A stretch of 64,000 nucleotides of DNA from Patescibacteria group bacterium (GTDB taxonomy: Bacteria; Patescibacteriota; Minisyncoccia; UBA6257; 2-01-FULL-56-20), in assembly GCA_018971305.1 (NCBI GenBank), contig JAGXBC010000003.1:92325-156324 (forward strand), in the 5' to 3' direction. Positions within the stretch are counted from its first letter, which is position 1; each line of letters begins with the position of its first letter. The translations under genes were made by a program, and so were the position numbers. Shown here piece after piece: positions 18,875 through 28,372 of this stretch. The notes under the pieces are model-generated. The model did no database searches and was not told the origin of the DNA. It saw nothing but the letters and a program-made list of their open reading frames with translations.

Positions 18875-19846
18875 ATGAAGAAAGAAACGCTCCTAATAAT
18901 TATCTCCCTTCTAATCGTTGCTGGTTTCGGTTTATTGTGGGAGTTCACAAACAAGAACGTGTCGGCACCTCCTGTGGTGTGCAGCATGGAAGCGCTGCTT
19001 TGTCCCGATGGTTCTTATGTTGCGCGCACCGGACCAAATTGCGAGTTCGCGAAATGTCCGGGATTAAATCCAAAACCGGTTACCCAATGCCTAAAAGATT
19101 CCGATTGCCCATCGGCGAAATATACATGCGAGGCAACTCAGGGAGTAGGTACTGCTTGTTCGAGCAACGATCCATCTTGCGTTCCTACGTATAAAGTCAC
19201 CGCGGGAGAATGCAAATTAAAAGCGGGGAATGCGTGTAACACAAATTCTGACTGCTCGGCTGGAAATTTATGTCACAAAAATGTTTGTGTAAGCCCGATA
19301 GGGAGGCAGTGCGGCGGAACGGGCGATACGAGTTGCCCAACCGACTATCAGTGCACGCAAGACTGCGGTCCGCCGCTTGTAAGATACCCCGATACCACGC
19401 CCGTAACATATTCCTGTGAGCTTAAGGGCTATAACCGTCCTTGTCCGATATGTCTCGCCAAAAATACGCTAATAGACACTCCGCTCGGCGAAATTCCCGT
19501 GCAAGATTTGCATGTTGGCGCGCCGGTTTGGACGGTAACCGCTTCGGGCAAGCGCGTTGCGGGAGTCGTGGCCGAGGTCGGAAAAACTCCGGTTCCTCCG
19601 GACCATAAAATGGTTGCGCTTGTTCTGAGCGACGGGCGGAAAGTTTATGCCTCGCCCGGGCATCCGACAATAGATGGCCGCACGGTGGGGAATTTGAAAT
19701 CAGGAGACTCCTATAACGGCGCAAAAGTCGTTTCCGCCAATCTCGTTTCTTACGGTGATGGCTTCACGTACGACATTCTCCCTTCCGGCGAAACAGGATT
19801 CTATTTTGCGAACGGCGTGCTGCTCGGAAGCACTCTTAAGCAATAG
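18875..19846 (+). CDS. Membrane-anchored cysteine-rich protein with C-terminal Hint (Hedgehog/intein-like) domain
   Basis: N-terminal TM; CSMEALLCPDGS..RTGPNCEF..CP and C..DSDC repeats; Hint from C193: CLAKNTLIDTP, ASPGHP, TYDI..YFANGVL. Confidence 0.85.
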   Translation: MKKETLLIIISLLIVAGFGLLWEFTNKNVSAPPVVCSMEALLCPDGSYVARTGPNCEFAKCPGLNPKPVTQCLKDSDCPSAKYTCEATQGVGTACSSNDPSCVPTYKVTAGECKLKAGNACNTNSDCSAGNLCHKNVCVSPIGRQCGGTGDTSCPTDYQCTQDCGPPLVRYPDTTPVTYSCELKGYNRPCPICLAKNTLIDTPLGEIPVQDLHVGAPVWTVTASGKRVAGVVAEVGKTPVPPDHKMVALVLSDGRKVYASPGHPTIDGRTVGNLKSGDSYNGAKVVSANLVSYGDGFTYDILPSGETGFYFANGVLLGSTLKQ

Positions 19847-19876
19847 GATTAGCTTGTTAATAAACTTGACCCTACC

Positions 19877-21052
19877 GTGTATGAATGGGAGAATTTACCC
19901 AATATGACAGGACCATATTCGGCAACATTTAAAAACGGCAAGAAAATTATTAATTACAAAGGAAATAAAGTTTGGCCCAAGATCGGCGATGTGGCAGCCC
20001 GCAAGTTTAGTCCGGATATAGCGGAAGAACGGTTGGAGGCGATTGTTAAAGAAAAAAGATTTTTTCATCTGCATAAAATAGACGACGCTATTTTCAAATC
20101 CGCCGTAGATTTTTTCCGATTACTTGGTGCCGAGTGGTGCAATTTGCCGCTCACAACGCTTATGATATCTTCTCCTGGAGAAGTTTATGCCGGAAAGAAG
20201 TTGAACTATACGACCGATACCCTGCCCGTTGAACTTTCCTGGTTCGGAAATAAAAGAAAGATATTCCTCTCGGAAAGTTCTCAATTTTATCTGGAACTGC
20301 GCCTTCTCATAGATAAAGTGGACAAAGTATTCTCTATCTACAATTCTTTCCGAAAAGAGCCTGCGGATTTTTGCCACCTTTCGGAGTTTCAGCATTTGGA
20401 ATTTGAGGGTAAAGTGGGTTTTAATGAGAATATTTCCGTTTTTCTCGGTTTGCTACGACATATAACAGGATATCTTATCAGGCACAACCGGAAAGACCTC
20501 GGCTTTTTCCTTACGCCCGGTGAAATATCTTCACTCACGAAAACTTTCGATAAAAAGAATATTGCTGTTCTTACTCTGCGCGAAGCATTACAATTGCTTT
20601 TCGATGCCACGGGCGACAAAGCATACCGGGAGTTTTCTTTGCGGCATTTTGGCGCCTGGGAAGAAATAAAAATTACCGAGCTTTTGGGCAAGCACGTTCT
20701 GCTTACGGAATATCCGGTTTTGCAGATACCGTTTTACCATAACGGTAAGAAAGTCGCTCCCGATGGCTTGCGCTTGGCCGAGAACGCCGATCTTATTTTA
20801 TACGGATACAGGGAAACGGTAGGCAGCGGTACGCGTATAACCGATAAAAAAGTGCTGGCGCGGAAAGCGAAAGAGTTCAATTTGCCGCTTGCGGATTACG
20901 GGTATTACCTCAAAATGAGAAGTTTTAAGAATTATAAAAAGACATCCGGATTCGGTTTGGGTTGGCAGCGTTATGTCCAGTGGTTGTTGAAGATGCCTTA
21001 TATTTGGGAAGCAGCCCATATTCCGCGCGGACATCATCTGCCTCGACCGTGA
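19877..21052 (+). CDS. Class II aminoacyl-tRNA synthetase paralog (Asx type, catalytic core only)
   Basis: Motif 2 FRKE..HLSEFQHLEFE, motif 3 GFGLGWQRYVQWLL; no N-terminal OB anticodon domain; start may be ATG 19904. Confidence 0.8.
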   Translation: MYEWENLPNMTGPYSATFKNGKKIINYKGNKVWPKIGDVAARKFSPDIAEERLEAIVKEKRFFHLHKIDDAIFKSAVDFFRLLGAEWCNLPLTTLMISSPGEVYAGKKLNYTTDTLPVELSWFGNKRKIFLSESSQFYLELRLLIDKVDKVFSIYNSFRKEPADFCHLSEFQHLEFEGKVGFNENISVFLGLLRHITGYLIRHNRKDLGFFLTPGEISSLTKTFDKKNIAVLTLREALQLLFDATGDKAYREFSLRHFGAWEEIKITELLGKHVLLTEYPVLQIPFYHNGKKVAPDGLRLAENADLILYGYRETVGSGTRITDKKVLARKAKEFNLPLADYGYYLKMRSFKNYKKTSGFGLGWQRYVQWLLKMPYIWEAAHIPRGHHLPRP

Positions 21053-21064
21053 TATTATTGAACA

Positions 21065-21904
21065 ATGGACAAAAAAGAATTCAATAATTTTTTTCGCCCC
21101 TACTCGCGCAACGTAGACAATGCCCAAGGCGTCGGTTTTTGGAAATTGTCGGATTCCATAATTATGGAGCTTATAGGTAAGTATCTGCGCGGACACGTTG
21201 ATAAGAAAAGCGTTATCCTAGATGCCGGCGGCGGAACGGGAAGGTGGGCAATAAATATGAGTAGAAAATTTCCGAGCCGGTTTATTGTCTACGATCTTTC
21301 AGAAGACATGCTAAACCAGGCGGCTAAAAACGTCGCACGAGTTCGCCTGCAAAATCGCATAGGTTTGGTGCGTGGCAATCTTACGGACATGAAGCTCATC
21401 AAAAGCAACTCTATTGATTTCGTAACCAGCATTTATAATCCCATAAGCTTTGTGGATAATCCCCGGAAAGCTTTTCGCGAGATATTCCGCATTTTAAAAC
21501 GAGGCGGTCAGGCACTCATTATGGGGCAGGGCTACCACAATGCTATTGCTTCTAAGATGAACAACTATGCCGCTCCAGCGAAAGAAATACATGAGTTAGG
21601 GAAGACAGCTTTCGTAAAATGGGCGCAGCAGGTTCCAAAACTTAAAGTTTTTTCCAGGGAGTCGCTTTCCGCCGATATGTCTTCTGCTGGTTTTAGAATA
21701 GCAGGTTCTTACGGCGTTCCGGTTTTTTCCCAACCTGGCATGGAAGATTTTGATCCTCTAAACATCAAGCGGAGCAAGGTTTCCAAAGCGCTTGATAATC
21801 CGGTTTTCTTTAAGGAGGCCTTGAAATTAGAGATGAAGCACAATGGTGACCCTGATATAGTTAATAGGGGAGTTAATATTTTTATCGTCGGCAAAAAGCA
21901 ATAG
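21065..21904 (+). CDS. Class I SAM-dependent methyltransferase
   Basis: ILDAGGGTG, YDLSEDML, EIFRILKRGG. Confidence 0.9.
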   Translation: MDKKEFNNFFRPYSRNVDNAQGVGFWKLSDSIIMELIGKYLRGHVDKKSVILDAGGGTGRWAINMSRKFPSRFIVYDLSEDMLNQAAKNVARVRLQNRIGLVRGNLTDMKLIKSNSIDFVTSIYNPISFVDNPRKAFREIFRILKRGGQALIMGQGYHNAIASKMNNYAAPAKEIHELGKTAFVKWAQQVPKLKVFSRESLSADMSSAGFRIAGSYGVPVFSQPGMEDFDPLNIKRSKVSKALDNPVFFKEALKLEMKHNGDPDIVNRGVNIFIVGKKQ

Positions 21905-21914
21905 GTAATCAACT

Positions 21915-22928
21915 ATGCCACTTATTATTCCCGAAAAATTAAAAAAAGGAGATACGATTGGCATCGTGAGTCCGTCCGCTGGTCTCGCGACTTTTGCTAT
22001 GCATAGGCTGGACAAGGCAAAAAGCGCCCTGGAAGAGCTTGGCTATAAGATCAAATTCGCCAAAAACGCCCTAAAGAATTCCGGCTATATTTCGGCTTCG
22101 GTTGAAGAGCGTCTGGAAGATATCCATGACATGTTCTCGGACAAAGAGGTGAAGATGATAATGTGCGCCATCGGCGGCAATCACAGCAATCAGCTCATAA
22201 AACATTTGGACTATGGGCTTATCAAAAATAATCCGAAGATATTTATCGGTTATTCGGACATTACCGTTCTCCACTACGCCATCCAGTCGCAGGCGGGCCT
22301 CTCAACCTATTATGGCCCCTGCGCTATGACTCAGTTCGGAGAATTTCCCAAAATTTTGGATTACACCCTCAAATATTTTGAATACGAAGTCACCGATTCC
22401 GGCGGGAAGGATACCTACAAAATAGAGCCCTCCGAAACATGGACGGAAGAATTTTTGGATTGGTTCAAAAAAGAAGATATTAAACGTCCCCGCGAGCTCA
22501 AAAAGAATAATGGCTATGAATGGCTCTCGCAGGGTTCGGCCGAAGGTCCGGCCCTCGGCGGCGCGATACTTTCCGTAAACCATTTGGCAGGCACAAAGTA
22601 TTGGCTTGATCCGCGCGGCACGATTTTTTTTCTGGACATTCTAAAAGAAGAAGGGCTTTTGAACGAAGCCGGCGTGGATTCTTTGCTCACCGATCTCGAC
22701 AATATGAACCTTTTCGATTCAATTAAAGGGCTTGTGGTCAGCCGTCCCGCCGGTTTTTCTGAGGAAGAAAATATACGTATTAAAAACATGGTCAGCCGCT
22801 TCGTTAAAGATAAAAAATACCCCACACTCTTTAATGCGAATGTGGGGCATGCTGATCCTATTATTACCTTGAGATACGGAAGGGTATTGCGCCTAAACTC
22901 TTCCAGCGGCGAATTATTCGCAGCTTGA
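21915..22928 (+). CDS. S66 peptidase, MccF-like LD-carboxypeptidase family
   Basis: LKKGDTIGIVSPS, IGGNHS, IFIGYSDIT (Ser), GHADP (His), WTEEFLDW aromatic loop. Confidence 0.9.
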   Translation: MPLIIPEKLKKGDTIGIVSPSAGLATFAMHRLDKAKSALEELGYKIKFAKNALKNSGYISASVEERLEDIHDMFSDKEVKMIMCAIGGNHSNQLIKHLDYGLIKNNPKIFIGYSDITVLHYAIQSQAGLSTYYGPCAMTQFGEFPKILDYTLKYFEYEVTDSGGKDTYKIEPSETWTEEFLDWFKKEDIKRPRELKKNNGYEWLSQGSAEGPALGGAILSVNHLAGTKYWLDPRGTIFFLDILKEEGLLNEAGVDSLLTDLDNMNLFDSIKGLVVSRPAGFSEEENIRIKNMVSRFVKDKKYPTLFNANVGHADPIITLRYGRVLRLNSSSGELFAA

Positions 22929-22929
22929 C

Positions 22930-24081
22930 CTAAAGCAGGAACATTCGTTGGGCAAGTTCCGAACCGAAACCGCTTGTGAAAAGAAGTTCCTTATTCCTTC
23001 TCAAAAGTTTTCTCGTCCAATCCACGGAGCCGCCGTCCGCCAAGGGAAACGTTTTGCCTTCGCGATTTCTCGCGTAGATATGCAGACAAAAATCGCTGTA
23101 GTAACCGATACCGGCTACGCGCGCCAAGTCGATTTTGAAGTTAACCCATGGGAACATGGTCTTCATAGCCGGGAATGCCATGTTTTGAAATTCCGATAGG
23201 AAGGAAATATTTCTCTCCAGCTTGTACCGGACGACCGCTTGTTGGTCCAGTGTGTCCACGTTGTCGGTTATAGCAGGAAGCGATATGCCGTATTTCTCGA
23301 AAAGCCGAAAATCGGGATTTTGCGTGTTGCGCCGGATCTCCTCTTTGTCCAAGGATATTGTTTCGGCTAAACGATCGATAATTCGGATGTCGGAAAAATA
23401 AACTGTTATATCCTGAAAGTCGTAATAGCCGGCATTCAGTTCTTCTATGAGCTTCAGATAAACGGTGAGATGTTTGGTGGCGGCTTGGATAGTAAAGTTT
23501 CTGAACGGAACGCTGCTTGCCGCAGTAGCCATGCCGAAACATCTGAAGTGCTGGGAAAATCCGCTTTCCGGCTCGAAAGGCTGTAGCCGTAAAAGGCGTT
23601 CGCTGGTGCAGATATTTACCTCTTTGGAGTTTTTCGGATCATACTTCATAAACCCCGCGCGCCGCCTTGCCGCTTCCATGGAAAGGGCAATAGTAACGTC
23701 CGCCGCCACTTCCATGTCGCGGATAGCGGAGAGTACGTTATTTTGGCTTATCATCGTGAGCGCCCCGTTCGTTCCTAAAGGACAAACGGGGGAGAGCTCA
23801 ATCGCGTCAAACTCCTTGGGGACTATTTCGTAGAGAAGATTTTCGAGACGTGTTGTTTCTCGCTGGTCCAAGCCGCTTGTTCCCACGTAGGCGTATTTTT
23901 TGTTGAAAGCCGCGATGACGCTTTCCGAGGTCTGTTTCTCCACGCGTTTGCCGTAGATATGCATAAGCAGAGAGCAAAAATCGTTTGTTGACAGCCTGCT
24001 TAGGAACAAAGCTACGTCCGGCATACCGCTTTCTTTAAGAATTCTTCGTATGATGGGTGAATCTTTGTTGTCGGTATCCAT
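22930..24081 (-). CDS. Uncharacterised protein with class II aaRS (HisRS/HisZ-like) features
   Basis: R..R.QP....FSQHF motif-2-like; DLARVAGIGYY, LADGG.VDW, TSGFGSE motif-3-like; GGAGG SD. Confidence 0.6.
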   Translation of the reverse strand: MDTDNKDSPIIRRILKESGMPDVALFLSRLSTNDFCSLLMHIYGKRVEKQTSESVIAAFNKKYAYVGTSGLDQRETTRLENLLYEIVPKEFDAIELSPVCPLGTNGALTMISQNNVLSAIRDMEVAADVTIALSMEAARRRAGFMKYDPKNSKEVNICTSERLLRLQPFEPESGFSQHFRCFGMATAASSVPFRNFTIQAATKHLTVYLKLIEELNAGYYDFQDITVYFSDIRIIDRLAETISLDKEEIRRNTQNPDFRLFEKYGISLPAITDNVDTLDQQAVVRYKLERNISFLSEFQNMAFPAMKTMFPWVNFKIDLARVAGIGYYSDFCLHIYARNREGKTFPLADGGSVDWTRKLLRRNKELLFTSGFGSELAQRMFLL

Positions 24082-24256
24082 TCTATCCTCCAGGATTTCA
24101 AGGAAATTTCAGATATTTATATTCGGAATCTACTAAGATAATCAAAGCATAATATACAATCGCCGGTCAATAATTTACATTTAACACTTACCCCCGCAGT
24201 AACGGGTGTGTGGGAAAATCCAAAAAGGTTATAATATATTTAAACACTTAGTTTTT

Positions 24257-24556
24257 ATGCTCAAAGAATTTGCCAAGTTCCTCAAGGAGTTTAATGTCTT
24301 TGCTTTAGCCGTAGCGTTCATTATGGGCACGGCATCAACCACGCTTGTTAATTCTCTCGTCAAAGATATTTTGATGCCGATAGCCGCGCCCTTGATGTCT
24401 GCCGAGTCGTGGAACGAAGCGACGGCGAGCATCGGCCCCGTAAAGATCGCCTACGGCTCGTTCCTCGCAGAGTTTATTAATTTTATAATTCTCGCAGCCA
24501 TCATTTTTGTTATAGCGAAAAAAATCCTCAAGATAGAAAAAGAGGAGAAAAAATAG
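24257..24556 (+). CDS. mscL: Large-conductance mechanosensitive channel
   Basis: MLKEFAKFL..NV..LAVAFIMG, SLVKDILMP, YG.FL..INFII. Confidence 0.88.
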   Translation: MLKEFAKFLKEFNVFALAVAFIMGTASTTLVNSLVKDILMPIAAPLMSAESWNEATASIGPVKIAYGSFLAEFINFIILAAIIFVIAKKILKIEKEEKK

Positions 24557-24557
24557 A

Positions 24558-25211
24558 ATGTCATTACTCTACATGACCCGGCAGTTCAGCGGAGAAAGTA
24601 AACGCGCTGCAATAACAGAAATTTTAGACGGCGCGATTCCAGATCGCGATTTTTACCTCTTGGTTATTGGCGCGGTGGCTTTCGCTCTCTGCGCAATTTT
24701 TACAGACAGCATCGCCGTTCTCATAGCGAGTATGATAGTGGCGCCTTTGGCGTCTCCAATCCTTGCGCTGGGGCTTGGTCTTGTCGTTCTAGATATGCGC
24801 CTCGTCATTCGTTCCATAGGAATGCTTGCCGTGTCACTCATTGCCGCAATTTCGCTCGCCTGGCTCGGAACGCTTCTTTTCGGATATGTGCGCGTTGACC
24901 CGATTTTTATCTCGTTCGGAGGAAATCTTTATGTCGCGACAATAATTGCCCTTATCGCCGGAGCAATAGCCGCCTATGGATTTGTGCGCGTGAAAGTTGG
25001 AAACGCGATGACGGGCATCGGTATCGCCGTCTCCTTAATGCCGCCCTTGGTTGCGACTGGTGTCGGTATCGCCGACGCCGATTGGGCTTTTGCCGGCCAA
25101 ACATTCACAATTTTTATTTTAAACGTCATTGGTATTCTCGTCGCGAGCGCCATTGTCTTTACGTTATTTGGCATACAAAAAGAATATCGCGTGATGCGCC
25201 GCCATAATTAA
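24558..25211 (+). CDS. DUF389-family hydrophobic protein
   Basis: IASMIVAPL..PI, GIGIAVSLMPPL. Confidence 0.85.
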   Translation: MSLLYMTRQFSGESKRAAITEILDGAIPDRDFYLLVIGAVAFALCAIFTDSIAVLIASMIVAPLASPILALGLGLVVLDMRLVIRSIGMLAVSLIAAISLAWLGTLLFGYVRVDPIFISFGGNLYVATIIALIAGAIAAYGFVRVKVGNAMTGIGIAVSLMPPLVATGVGIADADWAFAGQTFTIFILNVIGILVASAIVFTLFGIQKEYRVMRRHN

Positions 25212-25244
25212 TGCGTAGCGCGATACACATCAAATAAATAGATA

Positions 25245-27602
25245 ATGAAAAATCTTTTTAGAAACTTCGGTATACTTATGGCCGGGCTTTTGCTCATATT
25301 ACAGCCCTTTGTTGTTTTCGGACAGCTCGCTACGCCAACCATGGAGACGACGACCACAACCGCGACGGCTCCCGAACACACGAGCACCATGCCAACAACC
25401 GAACCGGCGCCAGACACAACCCCGCCCATCATCCTTTCAATTACTGCTATCTCGGTGGATCCCGGGCAAACGAACGTCGTTTGGACAACGGACAAGCTTT
25501 CTTACGGCTGGGTTGAATTCGGCCCGACCATCTCCTACGGCGCGCAAACCGCGCAAAGCGGGCCTTCGCTTGAACACATCGCGATGCTAACAGGCCTTGA
25601 TGTTGGCTCGGAATATCACTACCGCATCGTCGCGGTGGACGAAGCGGGCAACAAAACGTATTACGAGAGCCACACTTTTGTTACGGCAAGCGAACCAGTG
25701 TTTGTGGATGAAACGCCGCCTTCTATCACGAGCGTTGAAATTTTGGATACTTCAACTTCAAGCGCCACGTTTTCCATAGCAACGGACGAGCCGGCGATAA
25801 CAAAAATAGAATACGGCACGACGGAAAATTACGGTTCCTTCACTCCGTCGAGCAGTGAATTTGATATCGCGCATATTACAACTATCGCGAACCTTAAACC
25901 CGGAACGGTCTACCACTACCGCGTTATCGCCGAGGACGAAGCGGGGAACGCGACAGCTTCTTTTGACGACACTTTTACAACCGATTCGCTCCCGGTCGTT
26001 TCTCCGTCGGCAGAGCCCACTTCTTCCGAACCGCTCGCCATTATTCAGCCGGAAGCGGTGGTCATCGGCACTTCCACTGTAACTATCGCCTGGAGCACTA
26101 ACAAAGATGCCGACGGGCGCATCGATTACGGCGCTACAAACACGTATGGTTTGAATATCTCAACAACCACGCAAGCGCTTTCCCACCGCTTAACGCTCAA
26201 GGGGCTTTCTCCGGGAACGGCATATTTATATCAGATAACCGCCCGCACGGCATCGGGTGAAATCGTGAAAGTGGGGGAGCTTGAGTTCACAACCTTGCCG
26301 CAAGTGATCGCGCCCGCTGAAACCGGGCCGGTGCTTTCCGGAATCACGGCGCATTCTGTCGCCGCCTCAACGGCAACCATTTCCTGGAACACGGACACGC
26401 TCGCCGATTCCACGGTGCGCTACGGAACAACGACCGCCTACGAAGCGGGGGCGGCGCACGATGCCACGCTCAAAAATAGTCACGAAATTTTTCTCGCCAA
26501 TTTGATGTCGGCTACGACATATCATTTTGAAGTTATCTCAGCCGACGCCTTAAAAAACACCGCCATTTCCAAAGATTTTACATTCACCACGGCTTCGTCC
26601 GGAGTAACCTCGCCGCCGATAGCGAGCACGAGTACCGTTGCCACAAGTAGCGTCAAGGAGCCCGCGATTCCTCCGCAAAATGAAATCCAGACCGGTACGC
26701 CGAATCTAAAAGTTCCGGAGGCAGCCCGCCGCGCTATTTTGGCTACGGGCGCGAAGATTCCCGATCTCCCGTCAACTCCGAGAGTTTTAAAAACCGAGGG
26801 CTTGGACGGACAGGCCGCTTTCATCTGGAACACTGCAGGCGCGCCGAGTACATTCCAGGTAAGAGTCGTCCGCAACACGAGCAATTCTCCCGGGCACGAA
26901 AATGACGGCGTGGTTGTCTACGAAGGGCGAGCCGGCGCTTTTACGGACACGAATTTGAATAACGGCCAAACTTATCACTACGCGATTTACATAACAAGCA
27001 AATTCCGCGGCATCTCGGAGCCGCACAGAGTGGTCGTTACGCCAACTCTGGGAAACGACCAGGTTAGCTTGCAGGCGGTGTCGTCGGAAATCCAGCTTAC
27101 TCCAACGTTTACGTTTGAAAATGACCTCGGCCCTGGAGCACAGAGCCGCAAAGTGGCGCAACTTCAGCTTCTTCTTGCCGAAGACGCGAATATTTATCCG
27201 CAAGGCCTCATCACAAGCTACTTCGGAGCGCTAACGCAAAACGCTCTCAGGCGATTCCAAAAGCAAAATAATCTTCCTGCAACCGGTTTTGCCGATGCTC
27301 CGACTCGCGCCGCGCTTGAGGCGGAGTCAAGCAGGCCAGCGCTTATTCTGCAGTCGCCGTTCTCTCGCGAGCTTTCTTTGGACAGCGAAGGTTCGGATGT
27401 GGCCGCGCTCCAAATGTTTTTGCATGATGCCGGATATTATCCCGAAGCCTTGTTCACAGGATATTTCGGCCCGTTAACCCAGGCCGCGCTTGTAAAATTC
27501 CAGAGCGCGAACGCCATCCGGCCCGCGAGCGGATACTTCGGTCCCGTCAGCAAAAAACGCGTGCTCAATCTAATGCGGTTGCGGGGCGTGTCGTTGCCTT
27601 GA
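25245..27602 (+). CDS. Secreted surface protein: fibronectin-III repeats + two peptidoglycan-binding domains
   Basis: Signal peptide; four W.TD....V.YG.T..YG / L.PGT.YHYR repeats; V..LQ..L...G.FG.LT..AL..FQ twice. Confidence 0.85.
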   Translation: MKNLFRNFGILMAGLLLILQPFVVFGQLATPTMETTTTTATAPEHTSTMPTTEPAPDTTPPIILSITAISVDPGQTNVVWTTDKLSYGWVEFGPTISYGAQTAQSGPSLEHIAMLTGLDVGSEYHYRIVAVDEAGNKTYYESHTFVTASEPVFVDETPPSITSVEILDTSTSSATFSIATDEPAITKIEYGTTENYGSFTPSSSEFDIAHITTIANLKPGTVYHYRVIAEDEAGNATASFDDTFTTDSLPVVSPSAEPTSSEPLAIIQPEAVVIGTSTVTIAWSTNKDADGRIDYGATNTYGLNISTTTQALSHRLTLKGLSPGTAYLYQITARTASGEIVKVGELEFTTLPQVIAPAETGPVLSGITAHSVAASTATISWNTDTLADSTVRYGTTTAYEAGAAHDATLKNSHEIFLANLMSATTYHFEVISADALKNTAISKDFTFTTASSGVTSPPIASTSTVATSSVKEPAIPPQNEIQTGTPNLKVPEAARRAILATGAKIPDLPSTPRVLKTEGLDGQAAFIWNTAGAPSTFQVRVVRNTSNSPGHENDGVVVYEGRAGAFTDTNLNNGQTYHYAIYITSKFRGISEPHRVVVTPTLGNDQVSLQAVSSEIQLTPTFTFENDLGPGAQSRKVAQLQLLLAEDANIYPQGLITSYFGALTQNALRRFQKQNNLPATGFADAPTRAALEAESSRPALILQSPFSRELSLDSEGSDVAALQMFLHDAGYYPEALFTGYFGPLTQAALVKFQSANAIRPASGYFGPVSKKRVLNLMRLRGVSLP

Positions 27603-27690
27603 GTGAGCATAATGGTTGAATAGCGGAAAAAATTGGGAGGTATAAAAGATAAGTATTGTAACCAATAGAAAATAAGATATACTAAATCTT

Positions 27691-28344
27691 ATGAGTTTTA
27701 ATGACAAAAAGTTTTCGGAAATTATTAAGAAATTAATAAAATTTAAATCTAGTACCACCCGCATACCAATCAAAGATGTAAGCTGGGAAGAGCTAATTTG
27801 GGCAACACTCGTTTTTATTTATGGAGGCAGTAATGTTGAGTGGGATTCTCAGTCTCATGAAAAAAGCGTTGACGTGAAAGCAAATATTGATAACGTTGCT
27901 GTAAAAATATCTGCAAAAGGGGGAATTATAAAAAATGAATTATTAACTATTTCCTCTTATCGTTTAACCTCGTTTAATAAACTAAAAGACAGACTGAGTT
28001 TTATTAAGAATCAACACGAAAACTTTGATTTTTATTTGATTTGCGCCAGGAACGTCGATTCTAAAAAAGGAATAACCCATTATACGATTCTCAGAGTACC
28101 ACCTACAAAGTTTGCGCCACCATCCATATTACTTACGAGGAACTGGAAAAAAACTAAGGGTGGATACGAATTAAAAATTAACCCTGGTTTCAAGGTTAAA
28201 ATAGTGTCTAAGATGTCTAATCAGTTATGGTATTCAATCCCACTAGATTACTTTTCTAACGACGAAAAACTAACTAGCGTGTCCATACCTAATGATAAAT
28301 TAGGCGATGGATTAATCGAATTTTTAAAAAACAATACGGATTAA
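27691..28344 (+). CDS. Putative type II restriction endonuclease (PD-(D/E)xK-like)
   Basis: SH..SVDVK...ISAK; AT-rich; converges on a DNA methyltransferase. Confidence 0.5.
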   Translation: MSFNDKKFSEIIKKLIKFKSSTTRIPIKDVSWEELIWATLVFIYGGSNVEWDSQSHEKSVDVKANIDNVAVKISAKGGIIKNELLTISSYRLTSFNKLKDRLSFIKNQHENFDFYLICARNVDSKKGITHYTILRVPPTKFAPPSILLTRNWKKTKGGYELKINPGFKVKIVSKMSNQLWYSIPLDYFSNDEKLTSVSIPNDKLGDGLIEFLKNNTD

Positions 28345-28372
28345 GGACGAAGCATTATTGGTATTTTATTAA

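Noticed and set aside
19451-19846. Hint domain as a classical protein-splicing intein
   Set aside because: No terminal His-Asn, no C-extein and no homing endonuclease
19877-21052. Canonical asnS/aspS or epmA
   Set aside because: No anticodon-binding domain; EF-P here has an MQQRK loop rather than the PGKG target of EpmA, so no gene symbol was assigned
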